Positions 24,785-37,891 of a DNA stretch of 64,000 nucleotides are shown here, in pieces (within the stretch, counting starts at the first letter, position 1; each line of letters opens with the position of its first letter). Source of the stretch: Dimorphilus gyrociliatus (Eukaryota > Animalia > Annelida); assembly GCA_904063045.1 (NCBI GenBank), contig CAJFCJ010000002.1, positions 3,467,891 to 3,531,890 on the forward strand. Direction: 5' to 3'. The notes beneath the pieces were generated by a model that was not told where the DNA came from, did no database searches, and worked only from the letters and a program-made list of their open reading frames with translations. A program made the translations under genes and the position numbers.

Positions 24785-26090
24785 AATAGTAATATATACA
24801 CTATTGTGAATAAATGCCTTGTTTAAAAGTTATAGCTAGTGTGTTTATTATAAATACAGTATATGTATAAAATACTAGAAGACAAAGGACGATCTTGTTT
24901 AAACTATCACTAATTAATTTAATTATTTATTTTTTTTTACTAAATAGACGGCGCTTGTTTTCGAACAATTTATTTAGTAAATAAGGAATTCATTTATTTA
25001 CAACTAATTATTATTTATGAAGTAAGTCTTTTCAAATCTACAATTCAATTGGTTAGTAATAATTTATAACTTATTTTATACTTTCCAAGGCAGACCTATA
25101 ATTACTTAAAATTGATTGGTAGCTATTTTTAAAACTATTATATTATATAGCATATTCATGTAAGATGAGACATTAAGAATCACTTTAAATTGTTCATTTC
25201 TTGAATAATTATATTCAACGTTGAAAAAGAGAATATTATTATGTAAAAAACCTTTATGCTAAAAATATAATATCAATAATGATTCCTCTCCTTTCTTTAA
25301 AATAATTGTACTTAAGCAATTAAAAGCAAATTAAGCCTATAATTTGGATAATTTTAAAATTAATATTAACCACAGCAGAAAATAGTATTTCTACTGTGAA
25401 AGAGAAAAACCATAAATGAAAGGAAAATATATTTTTATTAAAATCAATAATTATTACATTTCTCTGTATTATTAAGACCTGAACCTTTCTGATTTCCAGG
25501 ATAATCACATATAAATAGCATAAAATTCAATAAATTCCTCAAATTAAATGGTAAATATACAGTATATATACTTTGTAGGTAAGCAATGTATATATTTATT
25601 GAGCATAAAAAGATTTGAATAGGTTTAGAAAATATCTATATGTATTAGTGATGTCATAACTTGACTTTATTCCATAAAAAATATTATTTCATCTCTTAAT
25701 AATTAACTACTGTGTAAACAAGAGAATTTATAGAAATGCTAGTGCTTACGACAAGCTAGGTAATAAGTATTTTAGATAGTAAAAAAAAAACAAAGATCTA
25801 ATATAACTATAGTTGTATAGTAGATAATTTTTTACTAATTTAGAATTTTAACTTTTAAGTTGAATATGTTGAAGTATGACAATTATTCATATATAGCTAC
25901 TTTGCATATGGCTTTCTACTTAATTGATTGAAACAATGAACTCAATCTACGTAATAATTCATTCGCTGAAATGAGGATTGTTAATAGTTACAAACAAGTA
26001 CTAAAAGGTCTATAAAACTTCGTCGCCTACTCAGTCAATCTCTTTGAGTTGGAAAGTGTACTACTAAACCTGATATATTTGTGTGTTACA

Positions 26091-27540
26091 ATGATTACAG
26101 TTACACTAATAATAAAATTAACTTTTTCTCTCATAACCTTTTCAACTATTGAGAAACCTTATGTATCTTCAGCTACAAATATAATTCATATGGACTTACT
26201 TAACGATAATTCGACATTTTCTCTAAAAACTGAACAAGCAGACCACAAATTATGGTTCGATGTAAGTATTAATAAATTCAATAGTGTTATAAACTATCTT
26301 AACTCCTTATTTGCTTTTTCATTTAAAGATAAAAGGAAATTTTGTATCTGTTATTTTGTATTCAAGTTGTTATATTGCAACTGAAGATAGTATACAATTT
26401 GCAACAGTTTTACTTATTCGAACATACTCAATGACCAATTTACTTTCCTGCAAAGCAAAATTAACTTCATTAAATTTTTATAACACGAAAGGAATAGTAT
26501 TTATCTTTTCAACTGAAGTTACTAACAATAATATATATAGTTGGATTTATACAACATTTTCTGATAAAGCTATAGCATGGAATCACTTAGATTCAACTCT
26601 ATACTATTTAGCTATACCAAGTCCTAAAACTGTTTCAATATTCTGGGAAAAAAGCAGATTAGATTCTATTAAGAAAATTAAATACTTCGGCACTTTTGTT
26701 GATCAAGATAATACTTATCAAAGCTGTCTCAAGGATGACAAATTGTATATACAAGAAGATGGGCGGTTCTTTCCAATAAGGAACAGCAATTCTGATTATA
26801 TACAAGTGAGATTTCCTTCAAACAAGTATCGCTTTGACTTGATGATGTTTTTTGCTTATGCTGACTCATATCAAAAGAGGTCAATTAAGGCAGAAATGTC
26901 TCACACTCTTACAGTTTGTACTATAACTTATTCAATATATACTTCAAAAAAATACTTCTGGTATGGAATGGATTGTACTGATGAAGGTTTTGAGACAGTG
27001 AAAATCTCTTCTGCAAACTCGCTCGAAATAACTTTTAGAGAAATTGAGTTCTTTGATTTCAATACTCCGATAGAAACAACAACAATATTAGAGACAACAA
27101 CTCCAGAGGAAACAACAACAGTATTAGAGACAACAACTCCAGAAGAAACAACAAAAGCCCTGGATACAACATCGGTAATAGAGACAACAACTCTAGAAGA
27201 AACAACAACAGTATTAGAGACAACGACTCCGGAAGAAATAACAACAGAACGGGGCACAACTGAAGAAATTACGACAACTTCTCAAACTTCTCAATCATAT
27301 TATTTCAAGGTTATCGTTGAAAAAACTTTGAATCTTTTAATCACAAATACTATATTAAATAATACGAATTTTAACAACTGTTATAATGCTTGTAACAATA
27401 ATTGTAGTGCTTTCTCATACGATTTTTTGATGAAAAGGTGTGTGCTAAATTTCTCACCAAACAATCCTACCAATACTTATTGTGAGAGTGGTTCTCTGTT
27501 TCTAAGAGTTTACTTGAACCAGATCGAAATTCATTGCTAA
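26091..27540 (+). CDS. Secreted protein: signal peptide, ~290 aa unassigned region, Thr/Glu mucin-like stalk, C-terminal PAN domain; 2 exons (26091-26261, 26329-27540)
   Basis: MITVTLIIKLTFSLITFS signal-like start. Phase-0 intron gtaagt...tttaaag joins both track ORFs. ETTT repeats, then CYNACNNNCSAFSYDFLMKRCVL. Confidence 0.75.
27073..27279 (+). repeat. Coding minisatellite, 18/36-bp units encoding ETTT[IV]LETTTPE
   Basis: Repeated gaaacaacaacagtattagagacaacaactcc units in frame. Confidence 0.9.
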
Positions 27541-28228
27541 AACAAATATAGCTTAAGCAAAATTTTTTCTAGACGTATTCTTCAATTTAAGAATTAAATT
27601 GCTTCATTTGTATACCTTTTTTTAAAAGTTATTAAGTTTCTTATATAAAGTTTTAATAAATATCATACTTGTATAGGAGAGGTTGATACATTTCGATGTG
27701 ACTTTTATGTTTCTTTCTTAATTGTTCAAGATAGCTGAAATGCTTTTGTAGGGTATACTCAGCCATCTAAAGATAGGATATTTAATTATGGGGTATAATG
27801 CGTTTTATAGCAGAATATTACAAATAAACATTTACAGATTCTAATACTGTAATTCATCCTTTCGGAAAACCTTTACTGTTGATTCAGTTATCGTTTTGTA
27901 TGAATATTATTAATCCCGGCCTCTTTCCCCAGCAACGATCCCCTTTAAGTTGTTTATTCAAATAAACATCGTACAATTTGATAAATTTCGTTTTATGAAA
28001 AAGTTTATTTGTAAAGATAGCTTGTATCATATCATTTTTATATATAGTAGTATATAAATATAAACTTTCTTATAAATCACTGACGAATCGTCATGTGAAC
28101 TACTTTCAGGACCCTAACAATAGCTCTTTTGCATATCAATGTCCATATTAGTCATACACCTTAAATAAAACGCAAACCACTTCAAACCAAAGGACAGTCT
28201 TAGCTCCACCTGAACTCCAGCTCTCAAA

Positions 28229-31200
28229 ATGATTATTAAAACTATAATATTTTGCAGTTTGCTACAATTGGCAACCTCTTTTCCAGCAGTGTCTGAAGAT
28301 TTTACTCATTCCTTGATATTAAAAGCACCAGATATTTATAAAGTTTTCTGGAAGTATAATGAGACACACATTACTTTCGAGGTTCAAGTAAAAACTAAAG
28401 GTTGGATTGGTTTTGGAATCTCACCTAACGGAGGAATGCGAGGATCCGATATTGTAATTGGATGGGTAAAGGATGGCAAAACTAGCTTTACAGTCAGTTA
28501 ATACTTCTAATTCAAATTGATAAATAATAGTAATTAATTAGTATGCATTCTAGGATAGACATGCAACAGGAAATACAGTTCCTGTAATCGATAAAAGTCA
28601 AGATTGGACGTTGCTTATGGGAAAAGAGACCCCAGAATATACTGTTTTTAAATTTACAAGATTGCAAAAAAACTGTGACCTAGAAGACCGAACTATTACG
28701 GTTTGTTGTATTCTAATTTTGTTCGCTATTTAAACAAAGTTCTTTTGGTATTTTTAATAATTTCATTTAAAGACTGTAATATTTAAAACACATCTGTTCT
28801 AAACTATGTATTAAATAAACCTATTTAAGATTTCCAATGTTTCTTTTTTAAGGAAGGCACATCAAGACTGATCTGGTCTTATAATGACAATGATCCAGAG
28901 TCTGACACACCTACATACCATGGCGCATCTAATAGAGGAGTTCATAGCACTCAATTGATATCTACAGCCCCTGTGAAAAATAGACAAGAGATATTAAAAG
29001 ATGCTTTTCCCATCGAAATCGTTATGAATAAAGTTAGTAGTTAATATTAGACTGCATATCATTAATTAGTATTTTTTTTTATTTAGAACAACATACCAAA
29101 TTATAGCGATACTCAATATAAATGTGCTATATTCAGTATGCTTAATAGCACAGAAAAACATCATATTATTATGGTATTATATGATATTAAATATCTTCTT
29201 CAAAAATAAACTGCATTAACTAATGTTAAAAAAATAGATGGAGCCTATAATTCAAAAGGGAAATGAAGATTATGTTCATCATTTTATTCTCTCTGGTTGC
29301 AATGCAGATGCTCTTACTGATGAAGATGTTGGAGAAGCTTATAACTGTTACGAAGACGACGAGAGAATAAAGAAACAAAAATGTTCAAATATAATAACTG
29401 GATGGGCTGTTGGTGGTCAGGTACATAAACAAACTAAACACTTTCAAATAGGTTTTAAAACTTCTTTTCTTCATCAATAAAGGAATTTTACTTTCCTGAT
29501 GAAGTTGGGTTTCCAATAAGCAACGATCAGGCTAAAAATTATGTGCAATTGGAAGTGCACTATGATAACCCAAAGTTACGCTCTGGTATTGTTGATAGTT
29601 CTGGAATAAGGTTATGGGTAACGAAAAAATTGAGAAAATACGATTCTAACATCATTGAAGCAGGGCATATTGTTAAACATAGTCAAATTATACCTCCATA
29701 TGCAGAAAATTTTGTGTCCGTTGGCCATTGTCCCAAAGAATGCATTACAGAAGTAAATTTATTACTCTCTTATCATAGAATTTTTAATATCTTTTTAAAA
29801 AATAGGCATTTACTAAGGACAATTTGGAAGAAGTTAATGTATTTGCAGTATTTTTACACTCTCACTTAAAAGGCGTCGGGATAAAAATTAGACATTTTAG
29901 AAATGATATAGAATTGGAGCCAATGGCTTATGATGATAGTTATGACTTCAATTTTCAAGAGATAAGAAATTTAAAACAAATTCGTAAGATTAAAAAGGTG
30001 AGTTTCGAATGTAAACAATTTGATTTAGTCAATTATACAGATAAAGAATAACTTATTATATTCTATTAAAAGGGAGATCAACTTACAGTTGAGTGTACAT
30101 ACAATACTCTATCGGAAACTAAACCTGTTTACGTATGTTTCTTATTTTGATGATTAGAGCAAATTCAGTTTGAACATTCTTTTATATGTTTTAGGGAGGA
30201 TTAAGAACCAGAGATGAAATGTGTCTTGCTTTTATCCTATATTATCCCAAATCTTCTTTATCAATATGTTTAACGGAACCTAAGCGTAAAGTACTTGCGT
30301 TCTTTAAAAGAGATTTAGATTTTGAGGATGTAGATTGGAAGAATCGTAATATTAGAGATGCTTTTCAATCGGTAGTAAAGTTACCGGAAGTTACTGCTGC
30401 TTGCGTAATCAAAAATCAAACAGTAATGACATTTTCAAAACTATCAAACTATTTGTACAAATTTTATGTCCTTAGATTAAGATTTGGAGCTACAAATTTC
30501 AAGAAGCTAAACAAATCTACGAAAAAAATGATACATGTCCTACACCGGAGACAACCCAAGCTCCAACACCAGCTCTACCACCATATGTTATTTTAGAATT
30601 TCCAAGACCATCTGAAATTTTCAATCATGAAATTGTATTGAAAGCTCCTGATGTTTACAAATTATTCTGGAAATACGACGATAAAAAGATTACTTTTGAG
30701 ATTATGGTTAAAACTAAGGGTTGGGTTGGATTTGGTCTATCGCCTAATGGAGGTATGAAAGATAGCGATGTTGTTATTGGCTGGGTGAAAGCAGGAAAAG
30801 TCTCCTTTGAGGTAAATTCTATATTAAACGTTAAGCTATATTATCATATAATAAAATAGTATTATTTATCTGTGCACGGTTATTAGGATAGGCATGCTGT
30901 TGGAAATTCGGAGCCACGACTTGACAAAAGCCAGGATTGGAGGTTATTATCTGGTCAAGAAAAAGAACATTATACTATTTTGAAATTCGAAAGAAATTTA
31001 CGCACCTGCGATCCTCAAGACAGGGACATAAATGTATTATTTCATATTGTCGTAATAGTGTAATATAAGAAAAACAAATTTTCAGGATGAAACAACCAGA
31101 TTAATTTGGTCATATAACATTGAAGATCCTAAAGATGGTTCACCAGCTTATCACGGAGTATATAACAAAGGAACAAAGAGTCTCCAATTGATAGCCACAC

Positions 31201-32798
31201 CCAAACCAAAAAATCGGGAAGAATTTCTAAAAAATGCATTCCCTGTTGACATATTAAATTCTAATGTAGTTAATAATTTTTAATAAGTAACTTAATTTCA
31301 TTAATTTCTTTATTAACAGTATACAATGCCCATTACTAAAGATACTAGCTACTATTGCGAAGTGTTTAAAATACCACCGCTTAAACAGAAACATCATGTT
31401 ATAGCCGTAAGACTTTTATGTTAATTATTTTTAAAAGAATCTTATGCCTAATGATGATAAATTCAGGCGGAAGCAATTATTGACAAAAAGAATATAGACG
31501 TATTACATCACATAATCATCTACGGCTGTGAAACAAGTAAACTGAAAGACGAACATGTTGGAACATCTTGGGACTGTTTTGATTATGAAATAAATATGGG
31601 CCCTCCGACAACAAGTTGTAGAACTGTGATGTTTGCTTGGGCTGTTGGTGGAGAGGTTTGCTTAATATTAGTTTTAAATTTTACTTAAAGACATTACATT
31701 TCAGATTGACTTTTATCCTGAAAATGTAGGATTTCCTCTCGGTGGAGATAACGACCCTGTTTATGTAAAAATGGAAACACATTACGATAATCCTGGTTAT
31801 AGAAAAGATATTGTTGACTCTTCTGGCTTAAGACTTTGGGTTACGAAAGATCTTAGAAAATATGATTTTAATATTATGCAGATGGGTCATATCGTTACAC
31901 CATTCCAAGTTGTTCCTCCTCATGAAAAAAAATTTAAAACAGTCGGTTATTGTCCTGAGCAATGCTCAAGTCAGGTATGTATTAGTATCCATTAAGTACA
32001 TGTATTAAATAATAATACTTGTGGAATAGGCTTTTGAAAAAGATAATTTGGAGGAAATTAATATATTTGCTATTCTCCTTCATTCTCATTTAAAAGGAGT
32101 AGCATTGAAAGTCAGACATTTCCGAGATGACATAGAACTAAAGCCTTTGGTGGAAGACAAAACGTATGACTTCAATTTACAAGAATATCGTCCTTTCAAA
32201 AAGATTAAAAAGTTTAAAAAGGGAGATAGACTAATGCTGGAGTGTATTTACAATACTCTTGATGAAGAAAAACCAGTCCTGGTATGTCATTGTTTTTGTA
32301 ACTATGTACCATAGTATATCATTTATTTCTCTTTTGTGAAGGGTGGCCTTTCAAGTAAAGAGGAAATGTGTTTGGCTTTTGTAATGTATTATCCAAGATT
32401 GTCAATTTCAAGATGTGAAACTATGCCTGATCCTGGAATATTGGGACAAATAAATAAATGGGGTAAAGAAGAGGTTGACTGGTCTGATAAATCCAAACGA
32501 AACAAGTATCAAATCCTCGTCGAAACGAATACAGTTAGAGTATCCTGCGCCGGGCACGGAATTGATTATAAAGTGAGATTTAAATCATAAACAATATATA
32601 ATAGTACTTAAAATTTAAACTACAAATTTTTTACAGATTGATCCACAGCCGATAACATTATCACTTCCAAAATCTCTCTACAAGCCTTTCGAGGAGAAAT
32701 GCTCTAAAACTACAACCACCGATTCTGCTTCAAGAAATGCAAGCACTAATCTAAGTAAAGCAGTAATCATTTTTCTATTGATGAAAAACTTTTTCTAA
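28229..32798 (+). CDS. MOXD1: Tandem double DBH-like (MOXD1-type) copper monooxygenase: signal-[DOMON-Cu2 N-Cu2 C]x2-GPI-like tail, ~18 exons, ~1150 aa
   Basis: Unit 1: GWIGFGISPNGGM, VHHFIL, EVHYDNP, LHSHL, DEMCLAF. Unit 2: GWVGFGLSPNGGM, LHHIII, ETHYDNP, LHSHL, EEMCLAF. Intron 30423-30475 (phase 0) leads into one open exon 30476-30811 carrying the end of unit 1, a Pro/Thr linker and DOMON 2. The last exon 32637-32798 ends SRNASTNLSKAVIIFLLMKNFF*. Confidence 0.88.
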
Positions 32799-34672
32799 AA
32801 ATTTTAACCTTAAGTTTTCTACGTCTTAAGACTCAATTCTGTTTAAGTTAATCATATATTCGACTAAAATATTTCTTTAGACATAGATAATAAATATCTT
32901 GAGACAATATTGACACAAAAAAATATTAAAACAAATTTTACGGGTATATTTAACAATCATATGACTCTCATTCCCAATTGACTCATAAAACACAAGTGAA
33001 ATATGTAAATTGAATCTTCATTACTATTCAAGCTATTAGAATTTAGTAAAAAACATAATAAACCTTTTATATTTAGGTTAATTTTGGTAATAAAAAAAAG
33101 TATAAGAATGAGTTTCCCCTAAAAATTTCACCCTATGCATCTCCCTTTTTGAAGTATTATATAAAAGTTAAATAGGACAATATGTGCAACAATAATTTAA
33201 ATGAACCTTATCTTCAATCTACGTCATCATATCTTCATATAAAATACAGATTATAAAAATAAATTACAATAAGGTGGTCAATTTACTTTAACTTATAAGT
33301 AAATTCTATTTAAACTATACAGAATACATCGATTTGGCTTTCAATGTCTAGTAACAATAGAAAATCTATGCTCGTTTGTAATGATATCTTTCATTTGTCA
33401 AAAGGTGAAAACAAGTATCAATTCGATGAAAACATAGCAAAAAAAGACAAAAAGTGAATAATAAAAACCTTATTCAGTAAGGTAAAACAAAGCAAGAGTA
33501 TTTTAGCTGAGGAAGTATTTTATAACATAAATATTTCATTCGTTGCATAAAGAACTAATCCAAAAAACTTCAATGCAAAACAAGAAAAGCATTACTGCTT
33601 TGTTCATCAACGTTTAAATGATTATAAGTCCCATTGAAATTTCTAAAGGGAATAGGTGGGCTTTTTCTTTTGTTTTTAATAGAAGATTATTTATAAATAG
33701 GAATATATAGTTGAATGTATTTTTAAGTTTAGTTGCAACGAATGGTAAACAGATATAAAGTCGCTTATATTTGAATATTTAAATAATTAATACGACTTTA
33801 GTTAAGAGTGAAATAATAATAGAAATTAAAAGTTAGTTAAAAATAAAGAATGACTAGAAAAATATAGTAAGAGAATACTTTGGATACGTTATATAAAAAT
33901 TCAATTATATTTGACTAGTTTACAACAGCATAATAGTTTATCTAGTAGTTTCTTCTAATAAGGTCATTATCAATCCCTTTTAACAACTTGTATAAACTTA
34001 AATATATTGAGCAAAGAAACATAGCTGATTCAATGATAAATAAGAAAATAGAATTATTAGTATGTTGATGAAATATTTATTCACTATATCTTTAGAAATT
34101 GTAAAATTATTTATAAAACTATGAAACTGTAGAAAAGACTTATTGTTTTTTTTCCATAGCAACTAATCAACAATTTCAAAAATCTTTTAGCTTTTCCTTT
34201 TTCTTCGAAATTTATGTTTGCCACACGCAAACAAACATTTAAAAGACTCATTGTACTGGTTAATAATGATCACAGGTTGAATTTTGCACACATATATTAA
34301 ACATAGCTCTATCTAACGTAATCGTTTATTTTCGTTCATAGTTTTTTCTTCTTTAAAAATCTTTTGACAAAATTAAATATTTTAAAACTGTTTTTTTGAT
34401 ATGAACGCTGAGAATTGTGAACAGATTTCTTTTTCATCTAGTTTTAGACGAATTCGCCATTTTTGAATTATAAACAGGACAGTTTGTAACAAATAATAAT
34501 TTTCTATTAATATGATAAGAATATGAGAAAATAGTAAAATTCAAATAGTAATTGGCAAAAGAATTTGAAGGATTAAACACTCTATCTATCCTCGTGTAAT
34601 TAAATATTTTAACAATTTCCTTTCAAATAAAAGGAGGCAGAAAACTGAACTGAAAAAATTCGCAATATATCT

Positions 34673-37600
34673 CTATTCAAGAACATAAAATACAGCTCCA
34701 TCTAATGGATTTAGATTCAAGCATTCAATATTCTTCATATAGCATTTGTTATTGTATAAAACGAAGCCTTTGCAGTTGGCTGTTTGTGAACATTTGTCTG
34801 TCAAAATTAGGAAAAGAAAGTCAAATTAAATGCTATAATAATTTAAAAGATATTTTATGATAATACCACAACACTCATCGATTGAAGGGCTTGGATAAAC
34901 TCTATCGCCAATATTTCCTTCTGGACAATCGCCTCTCCTGATTCGAAATTTTTGACCTTTAGCACTTTTATAAATATTCATAAATTTTTTCACGTAGGTA
35001 CGAAATACATCGTTTTTTCGTAGAACTATATTGGCTACTGTGCACAAACTTGCTTTCCTGAAGCATGGATAATCAGATTTTGGGTTAAAGTTATATGAAA
35101 ATCCTAGACAATTTATATCATTAGAGCAGAGTCTAGCGCATTCTTGAGGATTCATTTGCTGATAGCCAAATGTTTTCAGTGTACACTCTCCTTCATATTT
35201 ATGATATTCCTTATCAATCGTTGATACTACAATGGATTTTAAAAAAGGAATATTAGCTTGTATAAAACTGCTGTATCGTTTCTTACACTTATCTTTCTTT
35301 TCATATATGAAAGTATTTTCAGCAAAAGTGAGTTTCTTGCATAGTTGATAATAAATTATACACTTATCCTTGAACATGAACGAAGTGCACAATCCATCTT
35401 TATAGCATTCAATGGCGCAGTCTTCCGTTGTATTTAAGTAAACAATTCTATTATCGAGCTGATTATTCAGGCACATTGCTTTAACTTTGCGATATTCGTT
35501 TTCTTGAGCAACAACTAAAAGGTAAAAAGATGTTATTAATACCGAATTCAAAGAAAACAAACTTAAAGGAAAACTCACATAGATTGGCATAAATTTTAGT
35601 GTATAGCTTTTTTTCAATTATACGTAATACTTGATACTTTGTAGAGGTTACGCCTATTCTCTTATAAACATCAGGCCGAAATCTCAGAGATAAATGTCTG
35701 TTTTAATTAGCACAGTTTAATTGAAAATAAAAAGCAAATAGATAAATTACAATCTAAAAAGTAAACAAATCTTTCAAATTTTAGACTACAATTTGCCAAA
35801 CAATTGATCTATTTTTTAATTACTAATTAGTACATATATAGATATATAGATATGTGAGTTATAATGACTTCAGAAAAATTGTTATACCTATATTTATTAA
35901 ATGGATTTCTCCTATCTCTCTCGTGTTTTATCATCGTATACCGTGCTATTTCAGCTGGAAAGCGTGATATTGAATAGTTTGCACTACGTATTCTGAAAGG
36001 AAAAGTTTTCTATTTTATAATTATACAGTCGCGATATTAAGTAATTATAACAAGAGTAAAAATATCTAAAATTCCAAATATCTTGATTTACAAATGAAGT
36101 TTATGGTTAGGAATAATTTTTTCTGTAAGAGAGATGACTTAGGCAAAATTTTTTAAAATATCTATATTTTAATCATCAGTTTTTCATTCTTTTTTTTACA
36201 ATACTATGAATTTAGACCGCTATTAAGTAATTATAACAAATCAATCAGGTCCATCAAAAGTACTTTTTTTATTTTACTTATACATTTTTAGATAGGCAAA
36301 TGATTGTAAATGATAAAATTTTCAAATTTAATACTTGGTATGTATGCCTTTTGCCTTTCTTACTGCATTTAGCCTCCTTTCAATAGAGGCATACAATCCC
36401 TGTATCTCAAAATTTGATATTTTGAAAAATTCCTTCTCAAAAATTTCCCACAGCTCTTTCAAATTTCTCCTGGCGATTTTATGTGGTCTACCAGACATAT
36501 GCAGGTCATTTATTGTTCTAAATTGCTTGAACTGATTCTTTATATTCTGCACTGTAACTGGGCTGCAATTAAATTTTGCTGTTATGCCTTGAATGGTCAA
36601 TTTTGGCCTGCTTAAGTGGAACAGGATATCTTTGCAGATTTCTAAAGATAGCTGATGCATTTTTTAATATTTCCAAAAGAATTGTATGTTGTAAGTTCAA
36701 GGGAACAATATTTGTAGACCAAATTTTTTTTCAATGATACTACTCATACTTATGAGGTCATAATGATGATGTTATAATTTCTTAATAGCTGTCTAAATTC
36801 ATAGTATGGTAAAAAAGAAAGATAAATTGATTCTTAAAATATAGATATTTATCTGATATTTTCCATCATGTTTCACAAGTCATCTATCCTATAGAAAAAA
36901 ATATTCACAACCATACACTTTATTCGTATATCGAAATATTTTGATTTTTAGACATTTTTACTCTTCTTATAATTACTTAATATCGCGACTGTATGCTATT
37001 CAATGAAAACTACCTATTTTGCATATCGTCATCTTCTCCTCCCCATCCATAAAAGCCTGTTGAATATCCATTTACAATTTTAAATTGCAGAGGAGTAAAA
37101 GAAATTGCTCCTCCAACTAATCCACCATAAAACACTTTATATCCGTATTTATCAACATGACTTCCGATATGCCTAGGTGATTTATAACAATTGTATATAT
37201 TACGACCATCTTCAACTAGTAGATCAACATCATGAAATATTATACAGTCGAAAGTATATAATTTTGAAATTTCTAAATATCCTATATTCATAAGTGTTCC
37301 CTTATTAAATATCTGAGGCTGATCTTGCTCAATTACAAAAAATCTATATTCTATCTCTTGACTAGGCAAAACAGAATGCATATGATTCAGAAACATTCTA
37401 AGATGTTTATCTCTATCCCTAAAAGGAACTACAAATGCTACTCTCTGGAATGGTTTGCAATTTTTCGGAATAAATCTTCCTCCATGTAAAATGACATTTT
37501 TATATTTTTTCTCCAATGCTTTCCAAGAATAACTAGCGGTGTCGTTAATGAGAAGTTTCTTAACTTGAAAAGGACGCGTAAATAAATCTATAGAAAATCG

Positions 37601-37891
37601 CATGTATCGTTAATTCTCACCTATTGTGTCTGGGACACAATTACACAGTCTTTGCTCCTTCTTATGAAATCTTAGAGAGTGATATTTAAGTTCGCACTCC
37701 CACTCATATTTCTTCATAAACTCGCTTATTGACTTCTCATTTTGATCAATATACCTTTCAAGAATGCGTACTCGTTGATCTACATTCACAGAAGTTCCAC
37801 AATACTTCCAGGTAAAGAGACGAAAGATAAATGCAATTAATCCGAACTGAGCGATTAATTTAGGTAATCCAAAAATTTGCCTGCGATTCAT
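34673..37891 (-). CDS. GT7 (beta-1,4-galactosyltransferase family) type II membrane glycosyltransferase fused to 3 C-terminal PAN domains, copy G1
   Basis: N-terminal TM segment LIAQFGLIAFIFRLF; VVPFRDR, FNKG, FHDVD, GWGGEDDD. Exons ~35993-35889 (ISRFP..MIKH) and ~35698-35582 (YTKIYANL) complete GT7. A phase-1 splice then leads into PAN1-3; the last exon DKCSQTANCKGF...VLE* stops at 34673. Confidence 0.85.
36026..36991 (-). mobile_element. Non-autonomous Tc1/mariner element of the IR/DR type (966 bp), inside an intron of G1
   Basis: TA dinucleotides flank both ends (36024-25, 36992-93). Ends are CAGTCGCGATATTAAGTAATTATAA. Imperfect TIRs of ~215 bp (36026-36240, 36771-36991) each carry the motif tattaagtaattataac at their outer and inner ends. 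Confidence 0.9.
36328..36660 (-). pseudogene. Internally deleted Tc1 transposase: N-terminal HTH (SGRPHKI) fused in frame to the C-terminal end (SIERRLNAVRKAKGIHTKY); DDE domain missing
   Basis: 110 aa track ORF. GRP motif and the typical Tc1 ...RRL.AV..AKG..TKY* terminus are present; no DDE core. Confidence 0.85.

Noticed and set aside
26928-27259. Minus-strand Val/Ser- and Leu-rich ORFs; likewise 54362-54547 on the plus strand
   Set aside because: Antisense readouts of the coding minisatellites.
30219-30859. Interpretation as two separate MOXD1 genes (stop 30596, restart 30638)
   Set aside because: The stop is reached only if the 53-nt intron 30423-30475 is retained, the 30638 start is a TTG, and there is no second signal peptide. 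The equivalent intron exists in unit 2.
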